NCBI GenBank assembly: GCA_001661245.1
Contig: KV454011.1
Coordinates: 186,001-250,000 of the forward strand
Direction: 5' to 3'
Source of the DNA: Pachysolen tannophilus NRRL Y-2460
Taxonomy: Eukaryota
DNA: 64,000 bases
Shown piece after piece: positions 31,871 to 43,871 of this stretch. The notes below the pieces were generated by a model. The model made no database searches and was not told where the DNA came from. It saw nothing but the letters and a program-made list of their open reading frames with translations. Each line of letters starts with the position of its first letter. The stretch's first letter is position 1. The translations under genes and the position numbers were made by a program.

Positions 31871-32124
31871 ATTCACCGTCTAATAACTATATCCTACTGA
31901 CAAGAATTCATATATATATATATATATAATTATCTAGATATCAACTTGAAACTTTCTTTTAATCACAACTTATTTAATCATCTTTCTGTGTCGCTTATAT
32001 TTCTTTCTATACATTAAATAGACTAAAATTAAGCATAATCATGTTGGCACGTGACTAATGCCCGTCAATTGGCAGAACCATCTCTTCCACCCACAACTCC
32101 ACCTGCTCCATATCCACCATTTGC

Positions 32125-33726
32125 TCAATCTGCGCTATCTGTAGCATCTGCATTCCTATCGTCCAAGGTCATGTCATCCAACTCATCTAGCAACTCGTCG
32201 ATATCGATGGCTGGTCCATCTTCACCTGCATCATCTCCTTCTTCATCATCTTCATCCATCTCTGCAGCATTTTGAGAATTATATCTTTGTTGCAGAAGAT
32301 CATTTTGGTTGGCTTTATACAAGTTTATTGCCTGTCTCATCTCTGCATCTTCTTCTAATTCTTGTAAGAAGAGTTCGTAATCTCTTTCTGCTCTTTCTGC
32401 ATCTTGTTTTGCAGCACGAGATTCTGTGTTAGCGGCAACTATATCTTTATGTTCTCTTGCCATTCTCTTTAATTTCCATTGTCTATTCTTGGATTTCTTG
32501 TTCTTTCTTTGATAATGTTTCTTCACGAGTACAACATCAGGAGCATTATCAACATCTAAACTATCCCATAAATCAGAATTAAAATTTGAGTTTGCAATAT
32601 AATAACCCATTGCTGAATCTCCTGGGTGTAATATACCACCAAGATGTGATCTTATATAAAAAGTTTGATCATTAGAACCTAAATCTGCTGCTCTAGCAAC
32701 AGTAATATCTGCTAATACATGTTTCCCCTTAGATTCTCCAGTAGGTTCCACATCTAAAACTATAAATTCAACAAGTTGAGTAACATCACATAATGAAGGG
32801 AAAGCATCTCTCCAATATACTCCCGGAGTTAAATCTGCAATTTGTAAAGTTGTAGGATCAATAAATTGTAATGAATTTGAAACTTTTGAACATAATACTA
32901 TTCTTGAAATATTCCCTAATGAATGAGCCAATTTTCTTGGCAATATTACTAAATCATCTCTACAAATAGGAATGATTTCCACAGAAAATGTAAACTTATA
33001 TGAAGATGAACCTGAATGTATATCCATAGAAACCAACTCTTCAGATTTTTTACTTTTAATAGGCACAACAGAATTAAGAAAATCAAGCATTTTAGTAGCA
33101 TGATTCCTCTGAGCATAAAAAAAATCTAATCCATCTTTAGATTCTTGAATAGAAATGGTATCAACGTGTGCATTATGTTTTAAAATTAACTGTTCAAGAT
33201 ATAAAAAAGTTCTCTTATGTGGAACTTTTTGTCTAATTTGAACTGTTGCCCTCCAAGTATTTGTAGTATATGATTTTGCACAATCTGGACATTGCATAGC
33301 AACAACAACGTACTCAACTTCAAAACTTTGCTGAACAATAGTATTTGTCATAGCCTCACCTTGAACTGTTAACTTCACTCTAACTCTACGAGAATGAGGT
33401 TCTGTCCAAATAAATGAAGCATCCACCAATCTAACTTTTGTTAATCCTTTTAACCTTCTAAGACATAATGCTAATAATTCTCTGGATTCTAATTCTGCTC
33501 TGATCCATTGTCCCGGTGGCTGCAAAAACCTTTCACAGTTACGACAAAAGGAAAGATTTGCTTCTCTTGGAATACCCTCTGTAATATCAACGGTTAATTT
33601 AATACAATCATAACACATTACTAAACCTGTTGAACCATCCATAGGAATACCACAGTTACAACATAATACTGTCGCAACTGCTTGACCCTCATGGCTATGC
33701 GGTTGGAGCTGAGTATAGTTAGACAT
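32125..33726 (-). CDS. NMD3: 60S export adaptor Nmd3
   Basis: LCCNCG...MCYDC, FCRNCER, LESRELLALCL, FIWTEPHSRR, VQIRQKVPHKRTF; C-terminal NES-like LLDELDDMTL. Confidence 0.97.
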   Translation of the reverse strand: MSNYTQLQPHSHEGQAVATVLCCNCGIPMDGSTGLVMCYDCIKLTVDITEGIPREANLSFCRNCERFLQPPGQWIRAELESRELLALCLRRLKGLTKVRLVDASFIWTEPHSRRVRVKLTVQGEAMTNTIVQQSFEVEYVVVAMQCPDCAKSYTTNTWRATVQIRQKVPHKRTFLYLEQLILKHNAHVDTISIQESKDGLDFFYAQRNHATKMLDFLNSVVPIKSKKSEELVSMDIHSGSSSYKFTFSVEIIPICRDDLVILPRKLAHSLGNISRIVLCSKVSNSLQFIDPTTLQIADLTPGVYWRDAFPSLCDVTQLVEFIVLDVEPTGESKGKHVLADITVARAADLGSNDQTFYIRSHLGGILHPGDSAMGYYIANSNFNSDLWDSLDVDNAPDVVLVKKHYQRKNKKSKNRQWKLKRMAREHKDIVAANTESRAAKQDAERAERDYELFLQELEEDAEMRQAINLYKANQNDLLQQRYNSQNAAEMDEDDEEGDDAGEDGPAIDIDELLDELDDMTLDDRNADATDSAD

Positions 33727-33810
33727 CTTATCAATCCTATCTCACTATAACTACCACTTTTGAATAATTTGATATTTTCATATATTTTTTTTGTAAAAAA
33801 GATATATTTT

Positions 33811-33850
33811 GATGAGCCTCACCTTTCTCTCTGCAAGTGAAAAATTTTTT
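33811..33850. promoter_or_regulatory. PAC + RRPE ribosome-biogenesis elements upstream of NMD3
   Basis: GATGAG at 33811; TGAAAAATTTT at 33838. Confidence 0.65.
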
Positions 33851-34003
33851 TCTTTATTTTTTTTTTTTTTTTTATTCTATTTAATTATTTTCACCTTTTG
33901 ACTTATAATAAATTTTATAGTTGAATCTATAGTGAAAAGAGGCAGCTATATATTCAAAAGAATAAATTTCAAAGGATAAATAGAAAAATCATAATAGGAC
34001 GAT

Positions 34004-34453
34004 ATGAGTATAGATGGTAGTAGTGATGAACGAGAGGGTCTCTTGTCGAGATTTAAGAATCTTGAAGGAAATGTTGTTGTTGAGAATAGGACATCTGAGC
34101 CTAGAGATGTTCTCGCGATTGAACGAACTACTTTAAGTTGGATACGATTATCAAGTACATTGCTATTCGGTACAGTGGCCATCATTTTAAATTATAGATT
34201 TGAAAATTCAGATGGGGATGGGAAAGGTTTTACCAGAAGTAAAGGGTATATAATATCAGTTGGTTCGATTTTTTCAGCATTATCGATTTGTGCATTATTA
34301 TTGGGAGGATATAATTATTTTGAAACAGTGAATCATTGCATCTCACAAAGAATTAATACTGTGAAATCAATGCCAACTTTTATATTTGTGCTGATTCTAG
34401 TTACCAGTTTATTAGCAGTCAGTATAAGTCTAATCGTAGATAGTGACTTTTGA
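34004..34453 (+). CDS. DUF202-like small three-TM membrane protein
   Basis: ENRTSEPRDVLAIERTTLSWIR resembles the DUF202 RD.LA.ERT.LaW.R motif; three hydrophobic segments. Confidence 0.78.
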   Translation: MSIDGSSDEREGLLSRFKNLEGNVVVENRTSEPRDVLAIERTTLSWIRLSSTLLFGTVAIILNYRFENSDGDGKGFTRSKGYIISVGSIFSALSICALLLGGYNYFETVNHCISQRINTVKSMPTFIFVLILVTSLLAVSISLIVDSDF

Positions 34454-35362
34454 TATTATATATCATCAACCATGCATCATACTTTTTAAAACTCAGGCAG
34501 TGAACTGCAAAAAGATTTCATTTACTTACATATTATTTTCAATTCTACTCTTTACTCTACGCGCTCGACGCGTGAACGATTTAATCCATATTTGATATAT
34601 TTAGTACCCATATATCCCTCTCTATAAATAATTAATACCGATTCTTTTTAAAATTTTTGCCTTGCATTATCGTTAGCCTTTAATTCTGTGCATACATATA
34701 TATCTTGATCAGTTTTCGCCTCAAAAAAGCTGGAAACCACACACAAAAATATTCATATTTATATATATATATATATCTTCTTCATTCCCCTGTTATATCT
34801 TCTCTTAAGTGAACTATCGCTATCAGTGAATAGGTACTGAATTTTCAACCCCATTAATTCAATACGAAATTATACCCTCTCTTCTTTCTATAGGCTAGAC
34901 TAGACTAGACTCCTAACCGTTTTAAGACGAAAGGACAAAAACAATTCACGTGATTTGTCGGGTTTTTTAGAAAAAAACTTGGCGGAATTTTTGGCGGAAT
35001 TACTCTGTATAACTTTAGCGTGTCAATAACGGAGGCATCGCCAGTTCAATTTTTGGTTGAGAAATTATTTTTTTTTTTTTTTTTCTTTTTTATGTTTCTC
35101 TATAAAATTTTATTATTAGTATTATTAGTTACTAATTATTGTTCAGAAAGTGATTTAAATATTTAAAAATTGGTCAGAGGTAGTTATAATTTGGTTTATT
35201 GTTTGGCGGTTATTTTTGTCGATTTGGAGCAGTAATTATTTATAGAGATTTTTCAATTTTTGGTTTGTATTTTGTGTGATTATTGGGAACTTGTTTGTGT
35301 GTGTGTTTTTTTTTTTTTATTTTTATTTTTATTATTATTATTATCAGCTCTATTATTAAAAA

Positions 35363-36970
35363 ATGAGTTTTAGAATAAGAGAGCAAAGGTGCAAACATTG
35401 TAAAGGAACACATTTTTCAAAAGATTTGTCTACGCCAGCGGCAGATTTGGTTTGTACGACATGTGGTCAAGTTCAAGAAGAAAATCCAATAGTTTCTGAA
35501 GTTACATTTGGAGAAACATCAAATGGTGCTGCTATGGTTCAAGGTTCTTTTGTTGGTGCAGATCAGAAAAGAGCTGGTGGTAGCGGTGGGGTTGGAAGAA
35601 CTACTTTGGATTCAAGAGAGCAGACTTTAGCCAAGGCAAAGAGAAGAATTAAAAATGTGGCAACGGTATTAAAGATTCCAGATTATATTTCAGATGCTGC
35701 TTTTAGTTGGTTTAGATTGGCTTTAACAAATAATTTTGTTCAAGGTAGAAAATCTCAAAATGTTGTTGCAGCATGTTTATACGTTGCTTGTCGTAAAGAA
35801 AAAACACATCATATGCTTATAGATTTTAGTTCACGTTTACAAATTTCTGTATTTTCAGTTGGTGCAACTTTTCTTAAAATGGTTAAAGTTTTAAATATTA
35901 CAGCTCTTCCATTAGCTGATCCTTCATTATTTATTCAACATTTTGCAGATAAATTAAATTTTGGTAAACAAAAAGTTAAAGTTATTAAAGATGCTGTTAA
36001 ATTAGCCCATAGAATGACTGAAGATTGGATTCATGAAGGTCGTAGACCTGCTGGTGTTGCAGGTGCATGTCTCTTATTAGCAGCAAGAATGAATAATTTC
36101 CGTAGAACTCATGCTGAATTAGTTGCTGTTGCACATGTTGCTGAAGATACTTTACAGAAAAGATTAAATGAATTTAAACAAACTCATGGTGCAAAGATGA
36201 CTGTGAAAGAATTTAGAGAAGCTGAAAATATTGAGGCATGTGATCCTCCATCTTTTACTAAAAATAGGAATAAAGATTTATTAAAACAAAGACAATTAGA
36301 AAAATCTGAACGTTTGGCAATGAATGATAATATGATTCAAATGTTATTAAAAGATGGAAGTATTTCAACAGATGAAATTAATGATCAATTAAAAAGAATT
36401 GAAGCAAGACAAAAACAAGTAAATCAAGAATTGAAAAAAGTTTTAGATGTTCCTATAAATAAACTTGTGAAATTTAAAATGCCAGACATAAAAACTGAAG
36501 ATTTATTAGCAAAAATCTCTTCGGAAGAAGTTAATTTGGAAGATGTAGATGATAATGAAATTGATGGATTCTTATTAACAGCAGAAGAATCAGATTTGAA
36601 AACTCGTATATGGCATGGTTTAAACCATGATTTCTTAAAAGAACAACAAAGAAAAAAATTGAAAGCAGAAGCTGATGCCATTGCCGGTCATGGTACTAAT
36701 AAGAGGAAAAAGATAAAATTAGAAGAAAATAAAGAAGGAAGTGATGGAATTAACAATATTCAATTAGATGGAGATGAAGTTTTTGGAAATGTCAAAGGTG
36801 CTAAATTTGAAGCATCAATAGATGAAAACAATAATAACAATAACAGCTCATACTCTTCATCAACACCAACAACGAAAGAAGTCGGAGCTGCTGCTGCTGC
36901 AAGAAACTTTCTTTCAAAGAGAGCTTTCAGTAAAAAATTAAATTATGATGCCGTCCTGAATTTATTCTAG
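35363..36970 (+). CDS. BRF1: TFIIIB subunit Brf1
   Basis: Zn ribbon CKHC...CTTCG, ENPIVSEVTFGE, AACLYVACR, GRRPAGVAGACLLLAARM, FSKKLNYDA. Confidence 0.96.
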   Translation: MSFRIREQRCKHCKGTHFSKDLSTPAADLVCTTCGQVQEENPIVSEVTFGETSNGAAMVQGSFVGADQKRAGGSGGVGRTTLDSREQTLAKAKRRIKNVATVLKIPDYISDAAFSWFRLALTNNFVQGRKSQNVVAACLYVACRKEKTHHMLIDFSSRLQISVFSVGATFLKMVKVLNITALPLADPSLFIQHFADKLNFGKQKVKVIKDAVKLAHRMTEDWIHEGRRPAGVAGACLLLAARMNNFRRTHAELVAVAHVAEDTLQKRLNEFKQTHGAKMTVKEFREAENIEACDPPSFTKNRNKDLLKQRQLEKSERLAMNDNMIQMLLKDGSISTDEINDQLKRIEARQKQVNQELKKVLDVPINKLVKFKMPDIKTEDLLAKISSEEVNLEDVDDNEIDGFLLTAEESDLKTRIWHGLNHDFLKEQQRKKLKAEADAIAGHGTNKRKKIKLEENKEGSDGINNIQLDGDEVFGNVKGAKFEASIDENNNNNNSSYSSSTPTTKEVGAAAAARNFLSKRAFSKKLNYDAVLNLF

Positions 36971-37364
36971 GTATAGGTAATGGGGTTTTTTTTTCTTTCT
37001 TTTCTATTTTTTAACGTATACATTTTATAAACTAATTTAACTAATGAAATCATAGAATACTACAATATTTCTTCTACTAGATTATAACTATACCTTGTCT
37101 TCTTCTTGTATTGAAGTTGGTGCTCTCTTTTAAAAGTAGTGAATTTTTTTATTTTTCAGTTTTCACATTCAAAAGTGGACAAAAAAATTACAGGCCAAAA
37201 GTTGAAAATCAAGTGAAAAGAAAAGGCCTTAACAGTAAAAGAATTGATAACAACTTGTTCAAGTTTTTAATTTATTTTTTTTTTCTGCTTTTCTTCATTT
37301 TTTTAATTTTTAGTTTTAATTCTATAGAGTTCTTGAATGGCTGAAAGGCTTGATAAGTTGAATT

Positions 37365-39209
37365 ATGATTGATCAATTTTGTATATTTACACCTTCTGGA
37401 TTGGTTCTTTTCAAGTATCAATTAAGAAGAATACCGGCTGATATTTTGAACACGTTTATATCCAATGTATTTATATCTGAAAGAGAGGCTTTAGTTGGTA
37501 TTAATAATCAAGAAGATTCGGACTCAGAAGATAGAGACGAAGGAGATGTTGAGGAGAAAGCTGGTGCCAATATTAAGACCCATAATGTGAAAGGTTTTTC
37601 TATAAAATATTTGAGGAAAAATGATCTTATATTTACTTTGATTCATGATTCGATAATATATTTGAACAATTCACAGCAATTCTTGTCTACTATAAGTAGC
37701 TTATTTATTGAAATGTTTGGAGATGAAATACTAGAGAATTTGAAGAATAATAGTTTTGAATTGATCGATCCAAACGAAGATAATTTTATAAAATTTGAAA
37801 AATTTTTTGAAATAAAATTAAACGAGTTCCAGTCGGATAATAACAATAATACTAATACTAATAATGAACAATTACAGAAAGAATCTCATGAAGAATCTCG
37901 TAATATTATTGCATCACCTGGCTCGCCTAAATCATTGCTGAAAAAAAATATCAAGAAGAGTAATAAGAAAGGTAGAAAATGGGGAGCAGATGGTACTATT
38001 ATAGATGATTATGGTGACGTAGATAATGATGTCAATCTTGATTTTTCTTCTAAAGCTGATACTAACTCTTCTTCTCTCAAAAATGACGATGTCAATTTGA
38101 AGTTACAGCAACTGGTTGGGGATAAAGCTCATTTTGGTAGTAAAACAAGAACAGGTGAATTCTTAGTCAGTGATTTAAGTGAAGAAATGGACAATATATT
38201 GAAAAACTCATCAAAGAAAAATTCAGGATTATCGAATTCTAGTTCTAATACAACAACTTCTTCACAGCCATTTGGTTTTTTAAGAAATTATATTGGTGGT
38301 AAAAAAATCACAAAAGAAGATGTAAATAAGACCACTCAATTATTGATAAATCATTTGATAAAAAAAAATGTTGCACCTGAAGTTGCCAAGAATTTGGTAT
38401 CTAACGTTGAAAAAAATTTGGTTGGCTCCACAACAAAGAATTTCACATCAGTTGAGACAACAGCAAAGAAATCACTAGAAGGAGCGTTGACAAAATTATT
38501 AACACCAAACTCATCGATTGATTTGTTAAATGAAATTCAGGCAAAGAAAAAATCAGGTAATTTACCTTATGTAATTTCAGTTGTTGGAGTAAATGGTGTG
38601 GGGAAATCAACAAATTTATCAAAATTGGCTTTTTGGTTATTACAAAATAATTATCGTGTCTTAATCACGGCATGCGATACTTTTAGATCTGGTGCTGTAG
38701 AACAACTACGAGTACACGTTGATAACTTGAAAAACTTGACAAACAATAATGATGATAACCAAATGGTAGATTTATTTCAAGAAGGCTATGGAGGTGCAGA
38801 TTTGGTTTCAAAAATTGCCAAAGGAGCCATCAAATATGCAATGGAAAATAATTTTGATATAGTTTTAATGGATACTGCTGGAAGAAGACACAATGACTCG
38901 AAATTAATGGCACCTCTACAAAACTTTGTCAAGCTGGCAAAACCTGATAAGATCATAATGGTTGGCGAGGCGTTAGTCGGTACTGATTCTGTCCTACAGG
39001 CTAAGAATTTTAACAATGCCTTTGGTCCAAACAAAAATTTAGATTTTTTTATCATTTCAAAATGTGATACTGTCGGCGATCTAATTGGAAGTATGGTAAA
39101 TATGGTCTACGCTACAGGAATACCGATCCTCTTTGTTGGAACTGGCCAAACTTACACAGATTTAAGGACCTTAAGTGTCGAATGGGCAGTCAACATGTTG
39201 ATGAGCTGA
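37365..39209 (+). CDS. SRP101: Signal recognition particle receptor alpha subunit
   Basis: N-terminal longin MIDQFCIFTPSGLVL; GTPase GVNGVGKSTNLSK, DTFRSGAVEQL, DTAGR, GTGQTYTDL. Confidence 0.96.
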   Translation: MIDQFCIFTPSGLVLFKYQLRRIPADILNTFISNVFISEREALVGINNQEDSDSEDRDEGDVEEKAGANIKTHNVKGFSIKYLRKNDLIFTLIHDSIIYLNNSQQFLSTISSLFIEMFGDEILENLKNNSFELIDPNEDNFIKFEKFFEIKLNEFQSDNNNNTNTNNEQLQKESHEESRNIIASPGSPKSLLKKNIKKSNKKGRKWGADGTIIDDYGDVDNDVNLDFSSKADTNSSSLKNDDVNLKLQQLVGDKAHFGSKTRTGEFLVSDLSEEMDNILKNSSKKNSGLSNSSSNTTTSSQPFGFLRNYIGGKKITKEDVNKTTQLLINHLIKKNVAPEVAKNLVSNVEKNLVGSTTKNFTSVETTAKKSLEGALTKLLTPNSSIDLLNEIQAKKKSGNLPYVISVVGVNGVGKSTNLSKLAFWLLQNNYRVLITACDTFRSGAVEQLRVHVDNLKNLTNNNDDNQMVDLFQEGYGGADLVSKIAKGAIKYAMENNFDIVLMDTAGRRHNDSKLMAPLQNFVKLAKPDKIIMVGEALVGTDSVLQAKNFNNAFGPNKNLDFFIISKCDTVGDLIGSMVNMVYATGIPILFVGTGQTYTDLRTLSVEWAVNMLMS

Positions 39210-39268
39210 AGTTATCTGCGAAAATATATACAGTAGTGCGTGATAATACAATTTCTGTTTCGGGAAAT

Positions 39269-39309
39269 CTCATCTCCTAGCTGAAAATTTTTTATTTTGT
39301 GAAAATTTT
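39269..39309. promoter_or_regulatory. PAC + two RRPE elements upstream of NUG1
   Basis: CTCATC at 39269; TGAAAATTTT at 39282 and 39300. Confidence 0.65.
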
Positions 39310-39417
39310 TTGGTGTAGATAAAGAAGACTATCTATATTATCATATCAAGAATTAGTTAGAATATATAATAAATAATATTTAAATTGTATATTTTAGCAT
39401 TATAGGTCGATCTGAAT

Positions 39418-41100
39418 ATGAGAGTAAGAAGTAAGTTTAAAAAAAAAAAAANAAAAAGAGAGAGAGGGAGATGATTTTGTTATGTATTAGATTTGAGTTT
39501 GTATACTAACTTTTTTTTTTTTTTTTTGATTTGTTAAGAGCCATCTTCCAAGAGAACCAGTACTCGTATGAGAGAGGGTATTAAGAAGAAAGCAGCTGCC
39601 CACCAAAGAAAACAAAGGAAATTATCTAAGAAAGATCCAACATGGAAGTCGAAGCAAAAGAAAGATCCTGGTATTCCAGCAAGTTTCCCATACAAAGATA
39701 AAATTTTATTGCAAATCGAAGAAAGTAGAAGACATGAGCAAGAAGAAAAAGAAAAAAGAAAATTGGCTAAGAAGAATGCAGCCGCTGCTAGTGGTGATGC
39801 ATATGACGAGGCGATGTCAGAAGATGATGAAGATGAGCAAGACGATGGAGCTAACGGTTTGGCAGCGTTGTTAACTTCGGCTCAGCAGGCTGCAATAGAA
39901 TATGAAGGTGGTTCGCCTGATAAAGATGATATCGATGAAGATGGAATGGATGAAGATCATGAGGTCATTGAACATGATATTGATTTTTTCGCTAGTGATA
40001 ATGAAGATGATGAAGAAAATAATGCTGCTGTTGACAAATCTAGGAAAGCATATGATAAAATTTTTAAAGCGGTTGTTGAAGCTTCGGATGTGGTATTATA
40101 CGTTTTGGATGCAAGAGATCCAGAATCAACAAGATCCAAAAAAGTTGAAGAAACAATTTTACAAAACCATTCGAAAAGATTGATATTGATCTTAAACAAA
40201 GTTGATTTGGTTCCTGAAAATGTTTTGAAACAATGGTTAGATTTTTATCAGTCATCATTCCCAACGATTCCTTTAAAATCATCATTTACTGCTTCAAATT
40301 CATCAAGTTTCAATAAAAAATTAACACAGGCCGTCACTTCCAATTCTTTGTTACAAGCATTAAAGGCTTACGCAAACAAATCAAATTTGAAAAGATCTAT
40401 TATAGTTGGTATTATTGGATATCCAAACGTTGGTAAATCCTCTATTATCAATTCTTTAGTATCAAGACATGGAGGAAATAAAGTAGTTTGCCCAGTGGGT
40501 AATCAAGCTGGTGTTACTACATCATTAAGAGAAATTAAAATTGATAATAAATTAAAAGTTCTTGATTCCCCAGGTATTGTTTTCCCATCAACCGATAAGA
40601 AACAATCAAAAATAAAACACGAAGCTCAATTAGCTTTGTTAAATGCAATTCCTCCAAAACAAGTTAAAGATCCAATTTCTGCAGTAACATTATTGGTTAA
40701 AAGAATATCAAAGCAACAGGAGATGACTCTTGCTTTTAGAAAATATTATCAATTACCTCCAATAATTAAACCAACAGCTGAGGAATTTGCTAAAGAAGTA
40801 CTCGTTCATGTTGCCCGTAGGTTAGGAAGGTTGGGCAAGGGAGGTATACCGAACTTGAAAGCCGCTGCATTGGCGATATTAAATGATTGGAGAGATGGAA
40901 AATTTGTGGGATGGACATTACCTAAAAACTCAAGAGAAGCTGCTGCTGCTGCTGATTCTGCTAATGGACATGATGTTAAAGAAAAATCAGCAAGTCAAAA
41001 TGGAATTCCTCCTCCAAAAGTTGAACAGACTACTATTGTCAAGGAATGGTCTGCGGAATTTGATCTTGATGGATTGTTTAACGGAGTCTTTGGTGAGTAG
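39418..41100 (+). CDS. NUG1: Circularly permuted GTPase Nug1 (60S biogenesis); exons 39418-39430 and 39539-41100
   Basis: Spliced N-terminus MRVRKPSSKRTSTRMREGIKKK; KKDPGIP, LDARDP, NKVD, GYPNVGKSS, DSPG. Intron GTAAGT (39431)...TACTAAC (39504)...AAG (39538). Confidence 0.95.
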
Positions 41101-41247
41101 GATAAGGAAAAAATTAAAGATTAATTCTTCAGCTTACAGTTAAACATTTTTTTTTTTACATGCTATATATATACATATATATTTTTCCTTTCATTGTCAA
41201 AATATAAATAAAACTATAAAAACTTTATGCTAATAATGGTACTTATT

Positions 41248-42807
41248 TCATTCAGAATATTTCTCAAGGATACCTTCTGCCCACCTACTTAATAATAATT
41301 CCTCAACGTAGTCCCTTTTACGAAAGTTGTCGCTACTTTCATGATGTGTTTGATTTTGATTGTTTTCGTTTTCGTTATTCAATTTTCTTGAATTTTCCCA
41401 TTGATGTTTTTCTTTTCTTAGTTGAATCAATTCTTTTTCGTTTTCCAACAAGATTTTAGGAAAAGTCTTCTCCTTTAGCACCGGATTTGATGATGTATAT
41501 ATTTTCTTGGTAAGATTTTTGTAGAATTTTTGGAAAAGTTCTTTATTTCTTTCATTTTCATCAATTATCATATTTTGCAAAAAAATTGTCTTGAAATTAA
41601 CTAAATTATCATATTGAAAAGTTGTCAAGTTATTTTTTGCTGATATTTTATTGAAGGACAGATTTAAAATACTACTCAAGTCATGTCTTAATTTTTGAGT
41701 CTTGAAATATTCTGATTTTACTGTTGAATCTTGTTTCTTTACATTTTTCAAAGTATTTCTTTTCAAATCTTTAGAATCATCATGTATTACTGTGTTTCCA
41801 TGTTCTCCTAATTTTAAGGTTTCTATATCAAAGTCAAACTCAGTTACTTCATCTCCATTTATGCTCACAGTATTTGTCTTTTCAATTGTAGATACATAAA
41901 ATTTTTTATTTTGCAGATTATTGATACCATTCTCTAAATTCCATAATTTCCTTCTTTCCACCAATTCTGCTATTTCTTGAATTGAAACTTTGGAACCTTT
42001 AATGCAAAATTTATGTTTTAATAACTGTTTTGTTGATAATCTCTTATTGGGATCTCTTTGTAAGCAACATTCTATGAAATCTTTGAAAGTGGCTGAAAAT
42101 TCTTCTCCAATTAATCTTGGTGGTTGATTTTTCTCAATTATGTAAACTACTTGCATTGGATGATACTCTGAAAGTGGTGGTCGACCATTTGCTATTTCTA
42201 ATAATGTGATCCCCAAAGACCAAATATCTGCTCTGAAATTATAATTCTGATGGAGTATAACTTCAGGTGCCATATAATAAGGGGTCCCAATATAAGTGTT
42301 TCTTATGGAAAGCTTATTTGAAAGCTGAGTGGATACTCCGAAGTCTGCAATTTTTACTTCAAAATTTTCTCCTATTAAAATGTTACCAGGTTTTAAATCT
42401 CTATGAATTTTCCCTGTTTCATGCAAGTAATTTAATGCCAATACCAATTCATAACAAATTTTGCTTATTACAGATTCTTTAAATGGACCAGGAACAATCA
42501 AATCTGCCAAAGAGCCTCCAGGAAGAAACTCCATAATGATCCATAATTTAAAACCTTTCACAAAACATCCATAGTATTTAGTAATATGATCGCTATTACA
42601 CATGGATAATAATGCTATTTCATTTTTAAACTCCAGTATATCTTCATCTGATTCTAAGTCTACTTGCTTAATGGCAACTTGTTTTTTAGTTAGTTTGTCG
42701 ACACCACGGTAGACCGCACCGTAAGCACCATGGCCTAATTCTTCAAAAACATCGAATTGGTCAAATGAATATAGTCTCTTCGTAGGAGACGATGAAGTAG
42801 CAGACAT
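41248..42807 (-). CDS. SPS1: Ste20/GCK-family kinase, Sps1/Sid1-like
   Basis: GHGAYG, VAIK, HRDLK, DFG, GTPYYMAPEV; C-terminal VEELLLSRW; MSE-like CACAAAA at 43029 upstream. The symbol is less certain than the family. Confidence 0.75.
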   Translation of the reverse strand: MSATSSSPTKRLYSFDQFDVFEELGHGAYGAVYRGVDKLTKKQVAIKQVDLESDEDILEFKNEIALLSMCNSDHITKYYGCFVKGFKLWIIMEFLPGGSLADLIVPGPFKESVISKICYELVLALNYLHETGKIHRDLKPGNILIGENFEVKIADFGVSTQLSNKLSIRNTYIGTPYYMAPEVILHQNYNFRADIWSLGITLLEIANGRPPLSEYHPMQVVYIIEKNQPPRLIGEEFSATFKDFIECCLQRDPNKRLSTKQLLKHKFCIKGSKVSIQEIAELVERRKLWNLENGINNLQNKKFYVSTIEKTNTVSINGDEVTEFDFDIETLKLGEHGNTVIHDDSKDLKRNTLKNVKKQDSTVKSEYFKTQKLRHDLSSILNLSFNKISAKNNLTTFQYDNLVNFKTIFLQNMIIDENERNKELFQKFYKNLTKKIYTSSNPVLKEKTFPKILLENEKELIQLRKEKHQWENSRKLNNENENNQNQTHHESSDNFRKRDYVEELLLSRWAEGILEKYSE

Positions 42808-43871
42808 TTAATACCTCTCGTTTCTTTTAACTACTGTATGATAATTATGATAAATGTTCTAAAAATAATAAACCAATACCTGTCCCTAAAAGCTGGCTTA
42901 TTTTCAATCCCGTGAAAAATTATTGACGAGTGATATTTTTTGACAAATTTAGACAATTTTAGACAATTTTAAAAAATTCTTCCCAGCTTTTACCTGATGT
43001 GCAAACTCCAATAAAAAGCAGCTTTCTTCACAAAATCAAATGCTAAAAACATAAAAACATCAAAATTAGAAATATCTATTGAATACAAGCATTTGCAATT
43101 ATATCTAAAGAACAACTCTGAATCTTTAATCAAGGATGATGAAAACAAGCTCTTTTATTGTCAAGAGCTCATCAGTATTATTGACCACATTAGGAAAGTT
43201 GTAAACAAAAGCTTATTTAGTAGTTCGTTAAATACCGAACCCCTTTTAACCCCTTTGTTTAATACCTCATCACTCGTTTGAATAGCAAAGTTTCATCAAT
43301 ACAGCAAACGGCTTGTTCTATCGGTGTTTATAGTGGTGTAAGGAAGTTGGAGGTATTAATCTAGCTATGGGCAAGGATTTGTATGTTGAAAAAGGTTTAT
43401 TGTGGTTGTTGTTGGGGAAGAGATAAGAAGAGTTTACTTTTTTTTTTATCTGTAAATCTTAATGATGTTTCCCCTTTCCCCTTCTGAAACCTTCTTATAG
43501 TTCTAATATATTTTTTGTTATTTTGAGAGTCAGCTTTAATATTTACTAGTAATGAAGTATCTTTTGCCTTGATCTTGAATTTTATTGTAGTTTTATTCAT
43601 TTTGGAAGTTTTAATACCGTTTCATGCATAATTATTAACAGATCAAAAAAACACTCAAACATTATATCAAAAAGATCTTTATTGTTTTATCTTCTGATCA
43701 ACAGAGTATTTCTCTCTGATGCTTTCCCTTAAAAATGGAGTTGTGTTTCTTTTTTTTTTTTTTGTTATGTTATTTAAGGTAAATCGTTTTTAAAAGGTGC
43801 TGAAGAAGCTTTTTTATAAAAACTATTTTTCTATTTTCCTTGATAGTATTTTTGAAGTCATATTCACAATT

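Noticed and set aside
39441..39460. Ambiguous base n at 39452
   Set aside because: Sequencing or assembly artefact in a poly-A run inside the NUG1 intron.
43093..43600. ORFs 43093-43281 and 43397-43600 as possible immunity genes for the secreted orphan
   Set aside because: Both are under 70 aa, one has no ATG, and their AT-rich, promoter-like composition shows no motif.
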